DNA of 64,000 nucleotides from Tubiluchus corallicola. Lineage: Eukaryota > Animalia > Priapulida. The stretch covers positions 62,001 to 126,000 of the forward strand of contig JAQGDQ010000509.1 in assembly GCA_030141605.1 (NCBI GenBank). The letters run 5' to 3'. Made by a program: the position numbers and the translations under genes. The number at the start of each line of letters is the position of its first letter. The stretch's first letter is position 1. This document shows, one piece after another, positions 37,380 through 48,300 of the stretch. Below the pieces are notes generated by a model. The model was given only the letters and a program-made list of their open reading frames with translations. It ran no database searches and was not told the DNA's origin.

Positions 37380-40300
37380 TCAGGGGCGGGGGTATATGAA
37401 AGTGGAGTCCGTGTAATTAGTATCAGATGCACAATGTGGAAGTTGAAACCTGTTATATTGATATTCTTTTAATTTCTTTTTAAAGTGGTGGAGAGATTCT
37501 ATTTGTTTTATTTCACTGGGTAGTAAGTTCCATAAATGTATGACCTGTTTTGATATAGAGTTATTTCCAAATTTATTGTTTACTGTAATTTGCTTTAAAT
37601 TGTATGTTCTAGTGTTCAATGTGGTATCAGGAATAAATGCTAAGGGATTGTTTATAAATGGAATGCTCAGTTTATTTATATATTTATAAAGAAATATCAG
37701 TGTTTTGTAATCTCGATAGGCTTCTAATATTGGTATTTTTGTGGACGTTCTTAAGCTTGTTGCAGAAGCAGCATGTTGTTTAGCAGTTTTGTTAGAGTAG
37801 CCATGAATTAATCTAAGTGCGTAGTTTTGCATCGTATTTAGTTTTCTAAAGTTTTCATATTTAACGTTTTGAAATAAAGTGCAACCATGTAGATAATGTG
37901 GTAATATTAGACTTTTGTAGATGAGAATTTTTGTTTTCTTGGTTAGATGGCCTCTGGTTTGGCGTAAGAATGTCGTGCTTAATGCCATCTTGTTGTGTAT
38001 TTGATGAAACTGTTCATCCCAAGTGAGTTTATTGTCGACAGTAATGCCTAAAAATTTTACAGTTTTTGCTTGTTCTGTGGAACAGTCACCTACTTTTAGT
38101 GTTGCATTAGAAGTAATGTCATTGGATTTGGGTGATATTACCATAAATTCTGTCTTATCATCATTCATTTTTAAACCAAAATAGTTAACTGCTGCATTTA
38201 TATTTGTTATGTCTTTTTCTAGATTATTTTTTGATGTTAGAAAGTCTGCGTGTGCTGTATAGAGTGTTGTATCATCGGCATATTGTGTTAAGTCTGAATT
38301 ATGTAAAACTAAATGAATTTTATTAACGTATAAACAAAAGAGTAATGGACCTAATATCGTACCTTGTGGGATGCCTCTCTGTGGTGTGTCCCATGTTGAA
38401 AAAGTGTGTTTGTTCAGTTTGACTCTTTGTTTTCTATTGTGTAGGTAATTATTAATTAGTTTGAGAGAAGTATAATCGAATCCTAGTTGGCGTAAGTTGT
38501 CTAGTAGTAAATTGTGATCGAGGCTGTCAAAAGCTTTACTTAGATCTAAAAATGCTGCTGTTATATATTTATTTTTATTTAAGTTGTAACGAAACTTTTC
38601 AGTGGCATCAATTATCGCGTCTATTGTAGAACGTAGTTTTCTAAAACCAAATTGATGATTTGACAGTAACTTATTATTTTCAATGTAATGGTTTATTTGG
38701 TTGTAGATAACTCTTTCAAATACTTTGGCTAGTACGTGCACTACTGAGATTGGTCTGTAGTTTTTAGCATCATCTTTAGCATCTTTCTTGTGTATTGGAG
38801 TTATGTTTGCTTGTTTACACACTGCTGGAAATTCTGAGCGCATTAAGACTTGGTTTGTGATATATGTTAAATGAGGAGTAATGATGCTGGCACAGTCTTT
38901 TAAGATCTTTATTGGCATGTCTGAGGGTCCACTTCCTTTATTTATATTTAAACTGTTTAATATTCTAAAGATGTCGTATTCTGTGACGCTAGTAAATGAG
39001 AAAGTGGATTGTATTACTGATTGGTTTTTGTATATATTGTGTATATTTGCATTATGTTGGTGTGGCAAGTTGTCAAATTTTCCGAGATTGATAAATGTGG
39101 AATTTAATATATTAGCAATGTCAACTGGATCAGATATTATACTGTCATTTTCTCGTAAACTATTTATTTGTAATTGATCGTTTCTGTATCTGTTAAGTAC
39201 GTCATTAATTAAACGCCATTTTTGTTTAGGTGTAGTTGCATCATTGCATTTATTAATATAATATTTATTTTTGAGTTTCCTGTTGTAGCTATTAAATTTA
39301 TTTCGTGCCTTTTTGTAATTATTGTAATTGATTTTACCTTTTAAATGTAAATATGTTCTATATAATTCATTTTTATTGTGTCTTAGTTTTGCGAGTTCTG
39401 TATCCGCCCAAGGGCAGGCAGATTTTGCATTAAATTGCTGCTGATGTATTTTTATTTTTTTATACGGTGCATAGATATCCAGGCAGTATTCCATATTATT
39501 TATTAATGTGTTTATTTGCATGTCAATGTCAGTCATTGTGTAAATATTACTCCAGTCCAATTTGGCTAAAGTATCTTGAAATATATCTTTATTATATGTA
39601 GAATAATCTCTGACTGTTTTCCAGACTGTGCCTGTATTGTTTTTGGTTGGTTTTGTTTTGTCTACTATTATTATAAAATCATGATCAGAATAATCACACG
39701 AGAAGATTTCTTGTACTTGGAAATTGTCTTTAGCGTTTGAGATAAAGTGGTCTATGGTAGTAGATGATGTTTTAGTGATTCTTGTGGGTTTATTACTTGC
39801 GTTTAGTATTTGCGTGTTATATTGGTCCAAGACTTCTTTATACTTTTTGCACTGAGCAGTATTTGTTGCATTAATATCGATATTAAAATCCCCCATTAAT
39901 AAAACTGGTTGATTTTCAAGTACAGCACGTTCAAGTTCAATTTCAAAATGTTTTAGAAAAGTCTTATATTTTTGATTTGGTGGCTTATAAATGACACCTA
40001 CAATGTAGTTTTCGATATTGTACCAAATTGATTCTCTTTTGTTAGTTTTAATTCCTTTGGCTTCGTTAAATGACATGTGTTTTGGGATGTACATTGCAAC
40101 CCCTCCTCCACGTTTATGTGTGGGACGGTCTCGACGTATGAGTGTATGATGAGGCAGTTGTATGGAGGCACTAGGTATTTGCTTGCGTAGCCAAGTTTCG
40201 GTTATTCCAACGACTAAATTTTCAGATGAACGAACTGTGTCTTTAAGCAATGCATGTTTTTTTGTCAGACTTTGTATATTGATACATAGAAATTTAAAAT

Positions 40301-40784
40301 TCTTTTTATGTTTTTGCATAAAATCTGCCAGCTCTAGATCCATGTTGTTTTGTGTGGGGGTTTGATTTAAGGGACCTGGATTAGTTTCAGTACAACCAAT
40401 TATAAGCAACATTTTCAATACTGTTAGAAAATAATCATGGTTACAATTATTTTTAATTAGGTAGGGGAGTACACGTAATAAAGTAGGAGAGTACTGAAAC
40501 TTGTAGTATAAATCTCTAGTATCTGAACGTGTGCACTTTCTCACAGATGAATACTGTAATATAGAAGCAGAATAGCAAAAATTTACGCACGAGTTATTTT
40601 CGATCCGATTTTGAGATATTATTATGCAGCAAGACGTGCATACACGTTTCAGTGTACCAGAGATTGGCACTGGACACATCTGTCTTGAGTTTATACATTC
40701 TTTACACAATATTCGTTTATTTTGAGTAAAACTTAAAATTTCTCGTTTAAAATTCATGATTAAAATATATGTATAATATATCAC
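37380..40784 (-). CDS. LINE ORF2: Cys-rich leader, 2A-like peptide, APE endonuclease and reverse transcriptase
   Basis: 1134-codon uninterrupted ORF, first ATG at 40757. APE motifs NIQSL, ITETWL, RGGGV, MGDFN, PTR, IDH, SDH. RT motifs NYRPIS, QFGFR, FLDLSKAFD, PQGTILGPLLF, YADD, FLG. LLIIGCTETNPGP precedes the APE domain. Confidence 0.96.
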   Translation of the reverse strand: MIYYTYILIMNFKREILSFTQNKRILCKECINSRQMCPVPISGTLKRVCTSCCIIISQNRIENNSCVNFCYSASILQYSSVRKCTRSDTRDLYYKFQYSPTLLRVLPYLIKNNCNHDYFLTVLKMLLIIGCTETNPGPLNQTPTQNNMDLELADFMQKHKKNFKFLCINIQSLTKKHALLKDTVRSSENLVVGITETWLRKQIPSASIQLPHHTLIRRDRPTHKRGGGVAMYIPKHMSFNEAKGIKTNKRESIWYNIENYIVGVIYKPPNQKYKTFLKHFEIELERAVLENQPVLLMGDFNIDINATNTAQCKKYKEVLDQYNTQILNASNKPTRITKTSSTTIDHFISNAKDNFQVQEIFSCDYSDHDFIIIVDKTKPTKNNTGTVWKTVRDYSTYNKDIFQDTLAKLDWSNIYTMTDIDMQINTLINNMEYCLDIYAPYKKIKIHQQQFNAKSACPWADTELAKLRHNKNELYRTYLHLKGKINYNNYKKARNKFNSYNRKLKNKYYINKCNDATTPKQKWRLINDVLNRYRNDQLQINSLRENDSIISDPVDIANILNSTFINLGKFDNLPHQHNANIHNIYKNQSVIQSTFSFTSVTEYDIFRILNSLNINKGSGPSDMPIKILKDCASIITPHLTYITNQVLMRSEFPAVCKQANITPIHKKDAKDDAKNYRPISVVHVLAKVFERVIYNQINHYIENNKLLSNHQFGFRKLRSTIDAIIDATEKFRYNLNKNKYITAAFLDLSKAFDSLDHNLLLDNLRQLGFDYTSLKLINNYLHNRKQRVKLNKHTFSTWDTPQRGIPQGTILGPLLFCLYVNKIHLVLHNSDLTQYADDTTLYTAHADFLTSKNNLEKDITNINAAVNYFGLKMNDDKTEFMVISPKSNDITSNATLKVGDCSTEQAKTVKFLGITVDNKLTWDEQFHQIHNKMALSTTFLRQTRGHLTKKTKILIYKSLILPHYLHGCTLFQNVKYENFRKLNTMQNYALRLIHGYSNKTAKQHAASATSLRTSTKIPILEAYRDYKTLIFLYKYINKLSIPFINNPLAFIPDTTLNTRTYNLKQITVNNKFGNNSISKQVIHLWNLLPSEIKQIESLHHFKKKLKEYQYNRFQLPHCASDTNYTDSTFIYPRP

Positions 40785-40852
40785 GCTTATTACAGTTATT
40801 TACAGTTTAGTTCATTCGTGTCTTTAATAAACTGTTTAATAGTTTTTCAATT

Positions 40853-41539
40853 TTATACAAACTTAGAAATGAATTCTTTTACTAATCCGGTAAACAGATT
40901 TTCAATTTCTGATTTTAATGCCTCTTTTTGAATAGGCTTAGTATCAGCTGAAGGTTTATCAGAGTCATTTGAATAATTTACAGGAGTTGGTAATAATGGT
41001 AATCTTTTAACTGCATTTGCGTAACTAGTTGGTTTATAATTATATTGACTTTGTGTAAAGCCACGAGTAACTGTATCTTTGTTTTGATTAGTCTTAACCC
41101 TATACCATCGATTTGGGTCATTAAACAAACATAGTTTAATGCATTCTCGCAGCTTTTGTACACCTAATCTACTCAGGTGTAATCCGTCTCTCGCAATTAA
41201 ATTATCATCTTCAAAATGACATTGCAAATTGCACAAAATGGTATTAGTTTTAGTTGTCAGAGTTTCAAGTTCACTGTTAAATAAGCGTAACACTCTATTC
41301 ACCGAACTTATATTCATGGGTTTAGCAGTTGGATGTTTGTTTGTCTTTACGAATGGGATATTGCATACAAAAACATTACAAGGGTTAAACTTATTTTTTA
41401 CACTTACAATGCATTGTTCCATTTGTCTTGTTAGTGACTTGAGTATTTCGTCTAGGTGATCGTTCTGGTCGTTTTCTCGATTCTGTTGAATATGTTGTCT
41501 TACGTCATTGATTCCACACGTTATGATAACGTTTTCCAA
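40853..41539 (-). CDS. LINE ORF1, SGNH/GDSL esterase-like (N-terminus missing or disrupted)
   Basis: VIITCGINDV (block III GxND) and ARDGLHLSRLG (block V DxxH). The frame is open only up to about 41560. SGNH esterase ORF1 is known in CR1/L2-group LINEs. Confidence 0.85.
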   Translation of the reverse strand: MENVIITCGINDVRQHIQQNRENDQNDHLDEILKSLTRQMEQCIVSVKNKFNPCNVFVCNIPFVKTNKHPTAKPMNISSVNRVLRLFNSELETLTTKTNTILCNLQCHFEDDNLIARDGLHLSRLGVQKLRECIKLCLFNDPNRWYRVKTNQNKDTVTRGFTQSQYNYKPTSYANAVKRLPLLPTPVNYSNDSDKPSADTKPIQKEALKSEIENLFTGLVKEFISKFV

Positions 41540-42329
41540 TTTCTTCTCAGGGTATCGGTCTCATACGATGTGCACAACCAAGTGTTAACCAGTTTCTCGG
41601 GTTACAATAATCTGACATTTGCTGCTCAAGTGTTACATACAGACTGACATTGTTCCCTGCAATGACCCAAATGCCCATTGCCCAAAAGTCCAACTGCCTC
41701 ATTATACATCTGCTGCCGATGCAGGTATCCATTAACCAAATGTCTGACGATTTATTGTTCACTATCCCCTACCTAACCAGTATGAGATGTCTACTGTATT
41801 CAATGTGAAAATAATCTAAATCTATTCAAAATGCAATTAAAACATGTTAATTTCTTAGTTTAGAATTCACATAGGAATTCGAATTAAAATTTCCGTAACA
41901 AACAGATTATGAAGTGTATTGAAACATAAAAAGTTGTAGACTGTGCAAATAAGGCTAAAACTGCTTCATTTACTGTTCTAGTTGAAAATAATTATTAAAT
42001 TTTACATGTAAGCTTTTCTGTTATTATCTGGAGCAAGGTTTCTGGAAAATAGGTTTGATAGAGAAACTACACAGATAAAAATTCAAATTAAAACAGATTT
42101 TAATCAAAATAGATTACAATAAATTGGTAGTATCATGTTCTGTTAAATAAATAAAGATCTACAATACACATCAATAAACTTAATCAGGTTAACTGAGACA
42201 GACAGCTTTAACAACGTCCAAGGTATCCGTGCATATACAAAATAAAAGAAATGGTAAAAGCTGCAGACATCAACTTCCGGTTTTGATTTAAATAGTTCTA
42301 GAAAATTTGAAGAGACTCAGATCATCAAA

Positions 42330-45300
42330 TTAGTCTCCATAAGTTGGATTCTGAGTTTCTGTTACAGCTTTCTTGTACAGAGGGTTTTCTCCCTAAGAGC
42401 AAAAATGTGAAATAAGATTTTTACAAATATGTTAAAATATATTCATACACAAATTTGAAACAATCCTTCGCAGCTGCAATAACTGTATTATTAAAACTCT
42501 AAGAAGTATTAATAATATTAAAACTTCAAATATTATTGCACTAATAAAATTACATTTGTTGCCTTAGGTCTGTGTCACTCTTCTCACCAGTGCATTGAAG
42601 GAGAGTTTATTAGAACTAACTGTAATAGTAGAGGAATTTTACAATTATAAATATGTTGGATAAAAATTATTAAATTAAAAAATGCAGCAATATTTAATCT
42701 CATCACAAATATTATTTTCAGTATTTAATAAAAAGAGTTCATTAGAACTAACTGTAATAGTAGAGGAATTTTACAATTATAAATATGTTGGATAAAAATT
42801 ATTAAATTAAAAAATGCAGCAATATTTAATCTCATCACAAATATTATTTTCAGTATTTAATAAAAAGAGTTCATTAGAACTAACTGTAATAGTAGAGGAA
42901 TTTTACAATTATAAATATGTTGGATAAAAATTATTAAATTAAAAAATGCAGCAATATTTAATCTCATCACAAATATTATTTTCAGTATTTAATAAAAAGA
43001 GTTCATTAGAACTAACTGTAATAGTAGAGGAATTTTACAATTATAAATATGTTGGATAAAAATTATTAAATTAAAAAATGCAGCAATATTTAATCTCATT
43101 ATAAATTTTATTTTCAGTATTTAATAAAAGGAACATTGTTACATTTGGCCTCTTGTTATCCTCAGATGAGAGGCCAGATACAACAACACGGCACTGTTAC
43201 TTTGTATGGTATTTAAAAGTTTTTAAGGGAAAGGCTGTCACTAAGACAACTACAGACAATTATATTAGTGCAAGCTTCTAAAAACTAAGTGTGATTTGAA
43301 ATACCCATTATAAAATACCATGATTATAAATTTGTCTCATGATACTTGCCCATAGTGAACTTTCAATGACCTTTACTCTCAGCTCAGCTATCACAGTTCA
43401 ACTCTTAGTGCACTTTGTCTCATATATTACACAAGTTAGCTAGAGCTAAACTACATATTTGATGAATTGTTGGGAAACAGGTAACAAACATAATGTGCAA
43501 CAGGTCATTGATAACCAAACAATATACGTTTCCTTTCTGTTGTTTGTGTGCTATGTTTACTTACCTATGTCAAGCAGTTTTTGAAAGGAAATGTAAATTG
43601 TCTGTGAACTGACAAATACTCCTTCTTTCAAAACCTTGCTTTTGAAATAAATTAATCTGATTCCTAATAAAACAAAATTTATAATATTTGAATGAAATCA
43701 CAAGCATTGTTACCTCCTCCCACTTTGCTTTCTGCCGTTCTTGTTCGAATTTTGCATATTCTCGTTTGTCGTGGATAGTTGTTAAAAGTTTCCAGATCAA
43801 CAAGAGAAGCAGCCCAATTCCAATGATTCCTCCTATGACACCACCCACAACAAGAAAAGCATTTACTGGTTCTGGACATATCAAGTTCTTTTCCACTCTG
43901 AAACAATCAGAAATATAAGAAAAGTCTTTGTTATAAATTAGTATGACAACAACGACCCCAAATTCACTGTCTCTGAGATTAAAAGAAAAATAAATCATGA
44001 AGGTTTTCAACAAATCTACTAAATAATGTAAAACCTGAGTAACGCAAATTGGAATCAAAAGGTTTAGATTTTGTGTGAGCAATTGAAGGTTTGCAATTAC
44101 TCAAAAATTTATAGATGCCACTTTAGTAGTCAGATGTCTGGCTTTTCCTTCTTCGACTTTCAATTTGGTTCGAAAGTTTCAACACTTACTTTAATATAAC
44201 ATCATCTGTTACATCGAGTTCATAAGCAAAGCGATATGTACAGCCATTTTCATCTCGATACTGACATCTTTGCTGAGTTTCTAAAAAAAAAACAAAGTAA
44301 GTTTAGGTGAAATTCAAATACTTAGTTCATTTTTGTTTTATGTCCTTGCAGTATACAAAAATCTACAGCTAACCTCAAGTACACAATTCTGGATATTTTT
44401 CAGAAATTATTCAGTCATGCTTCAATGTTTTGATCTCAGTGTAGCATATTCTATCTGTTGTTAGCAAACTAGAAAACTTATAACTGTATAGTTAAATCAC
44501 TTATTAGTTTAATAAAGGTTTTTGCTTATACGTATAGTATACGAGCACATTATAGTTTAACAACTGACACGGTCTTAATTTTAATGTCACTTAAAAGACG
44601 GAAAGACCATGTTGTGCCTGACATGCTTTTAAATTCAACACACAATCAGAAATTTATAATCATTAATGTTATATCAGTAACATACAATTTCCAGCATAAT
44701 TTTAACATTTTATGCCTCGCTAAAAACAACTAAAAAACAGAACTTTTTACTATCATGAAATAGTGTTTGAAACCCAAATTTCCATACACTAACACAAAAT
44801 AATTCTAAATTTTAAGCTAAAAATAAATCATTTATTATGTAGACTTTTTGAAATGAAGTACTCTTTATATTATTTCGTATCCAGAGAACTATATATTATT
44901 ATTAATTTTTTTATTACTGTGACAACTCATCTGGCAGCAAACATAAAGTACACAAATGTCCACTAAATGTAAGTATAGTCAGAGTTGCTCAAATATCATA
45001 ATTTAAGACCCAATAAATACTATACCTGGTAATATATCTATAAGTTCAATTTCTGTAGAATTACACTTTGCATCACATTCATCGATGAAAGGACCAGATT
45101 TATGAACTCTACATTCTACACAGTATCTATTCTTCTCACAAAATCCTTTACAAGTCTAAACAAAAATAATTATATTTTAACTTGTGTGTTAAGCACCATG
45201 TCAATACCTACAACAAAAGCATTGTATTATTATCTTTATTAGATTGATACTGAGACAGATTTGAAACTCTGTTAATTTTTTGGGAAACAGTCTTTGTAAC

Positions 45301-48300
45301 AGTTTCATTTTTAGCACTCAAGCTGCAAGAATCTTTTCACCATCTTTTAAACTGTTCATATTTCTCTCAAACAAAGTTGACTAACTGAATAAGGCCATTT
45401 TGTTGGTAACATAAAATTTGCAGAGCAAATACATGAAGAGGGTTGCCACTGGGCAAGCAATAGAAATCAAAAGGATCAAAAGTAGGGTTAATGCACAGTG
45501 ATTTTTTACCTTTGCTGATCAGCTTCCTCTGTTTTTTTGGTTAGGCTTGAATTATTACCTGTTCGGAAAGCAGGTTGGGGCATGGGTACCATTAAGTCAC
45601 ACAACAGGGAGCAAAATGAGAAAACCGGCTTTGCCATTCAACTGCTTTAATAGATTTGGCCTACGGGTGGTGTTTTTCATGCATTGGACTGGTTGGTATA
45701 CTGTGCATTATAAGAGAGGGCAAGATTGGGTCACACGAGTCAAAATTTAATTATAGCGACAAGCTGTAAAATGACTCCTAATGTCACTCAAAATTTTTGC
45801 ATGCATTAACGCTGGAAACAGCCAATCTCTTTTGCTAGCTTTAATTAACTGTCTTTTACAGTTAACAGTACATAACTTAAAGTTTAGTATGAGTAAGAAT
45901 TGTGTATTCTTTTTTCCCCATTTTTAGAAAAAGAAATTTTTACCACACAATCCTCGCATGTCGGTCCATGATACTTGGAATCACTGTTACATTTACATCT
46001 CCACTCACCAGACTCTCCACCACAAATACAAGTACCCAAATCATTACATTCTTTCTAAAAAATAAATAAACAAATTAACTAAAACATTCTTTCTGAACAA
46101 AGAATACCTAACAAGTAAAACTGTGCAACCTTTCTAAAATAAGTAGAAAATAAACCTTTACTCAATCAGCAAATAAAAAACAAACAAAATGCCATATATT
46201 CCAAGAACAAAAATGTATGCCTTATGAAATTAATATAATAGACTAGTCACTATTGCATTCTTTCAGAAATAAACCAGAAATAAAAAACAGCAACTTCTGC
46301 GCAATTAAGATCTGCATAATAAAAAGTTAAACCTATTGATAGTTCGATGTCATTATATCATGAAGTAATCATACTGTGACCTGAAGGGCTTTGAAAGTCA
46401 CCAGGACTGGCTAGTATCCCTTGTTATACACATCTGTGCACTAACCTTTTACAGTTTTTACTTTCTTATTGTAACCTCTAAAAACTATTTATGGAACAGT
46501 ATTTATTTTAGTACCATGCATGTAATACTCTGATGCTTGTATGTGTGCTGCACTCGTCTTAACTTGCATGAATCCAGTTACTACATATATTCTACATTCG
46601 GTTTAGTTTTAATGCATGTTTAGTTTTGTCCTTATCTGTACTCATTTAAGTTTAAAAAACCAACAAGGCAAAATAAATATTATTACGTATGTAAGCTTTC
46701 CTGCAGTACAAGTTGCAGATTTCAGAGATACAATTTTGAATATTATGTAGCAACAGAATTTTTCTTTACTATTATCAGGTACAGGTTGATAATGCTGGGA
46801 TTGTTATAATGCAGGGTTATTAAAATTTCATACATACTCCATTTTCTGCCATGCAAGCAGCTTTAGATGATGGACATTCACATTTAGATCCGGTGTACTG
46901 TGGCTGGCACATACACTTCCCACAATCACAAATCCCTCTCTTTGAACCTGAAGAATGTTAAATATGTTTAGGAAAACATCATTTTGCATCTGATGGCAGT
47001 TCATAATTAAAAATTAAAAGTTTTTACACAATAAAATTGTAGTTTATGTTTAAAAGCCACAACAGCTTGTCTGACTTTATTCTAATACAGATCTAGTTTT
47101 TGTAAAAGTTAAAATAAACCCTCTTAATTTGCTTGAGTGGAATAAATTTAATGATGGCAAGCTGTGGCAATAATAATAACAGTAATAATGATAATAAAAA
47201 AATCAATTTTTGCATGGATACCTCCACAAATCTGATTTTTGTATCTCCCGCAACTAAAATTATTGCACTGACACTGAGGACCGTATATTCTTTCTTCTGG
47301 GTTCTGCAAGAAACAGAAATCAAACCTAATGACAGCTAACAGTAAAAAAAACAATAACTTCATACTCATAGAAATATTACAGTGCATCAAAATGCGTGAA
47401 CGACTTTTCTCAATAACAGTCATTTCCACATCACTCAGATAAAAACATTTTGCAATTTTTTGTGGGAACATTCCGTACCTCTCTTTCTTGGCAGTAGCAC
47501 CGGCCACAGAGACAAGTTCCAAGTCCAGAGCACAGTTGGGTGGAATTAGCCCTGCAAAATAAATTCACTGTAGATTACTAAAATTGAGTGAAACTTACTT
47601 ACTCATATAATTCACAAAATGTACAAGCTGTATTTATGAAATAGCTTTTCCATCTGATGTGTTATAGTTTCAGACTTTTGGAACATAAAAAGATAACATA
47701 AACAAAAAAATATTATTTTAACTTAAATATGAGAGCTAGTTGAAAACAAAAAACTGTTTGCTTAGCAGATGAAAAAAGCTGAAAATATTTCTGCCTGATG
47801 ATCATTTGAAATGCAAGTGAAGAATTTACTGCTTTATAATCCATTGTATTTTTCATCAAATAACACTGATTTTATTAATGAAATGAATTTATCCGGAATT
47901 GATTTTACATTCTGAAAATGGCTAGCATGTCAACTATACAGACTAAAAACATAAACAGAGATCGTTTATGTTAGCTTACAATTACACTAACATAAAAATG
48001 CAAAGCTTACACACGACAAGCTTCTGTGTCAGTCGGTCCTTCTTCACTAGTTAGCTGACAAGAACAGTTTTGTCCATAAAAAGTTGGATCGCAAGAGCAA
48101 ATACCACACTCAAATGTTCCTTGGTGGCTACAACGTGAACTATTTCTTTCCTGGGAAATTAAAACATTGTTCAGTTTGACTCAACTTATTCAATTTTATT
48201 TATTTCTGGTATTCATGCATTAACTTCTAGTAAACCAAGCTGCAATAAAGCAGTTGAGTATTGTCAATACAAATAGATAGTGTAAGAACAAATTGTATAA

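Larger units (their letters stand above)
37037..41665 (-). mobile_element. Young non-LTR retrotransposon (CR1/L2/Crack group), probably 5'-truncated or rearranged in ORF1
   Basis: Contains ORF1 (esterase), intact ORF2 (APE-RT), and a 3' UTR ending in AATAAA then (TA)n at 37037-37049. Candidate 8-bp TSD cccaaatg at 37029-37036 and 41666-41673. The 5' boundary is uncertain. Confidence 0.9.

Noticed and set aside
38881-41647. + strand ORFs inside the LINE as an antisense ORF0
   Set aside because: Short, motif-free antisense shadows of ORF1 and ORF2.
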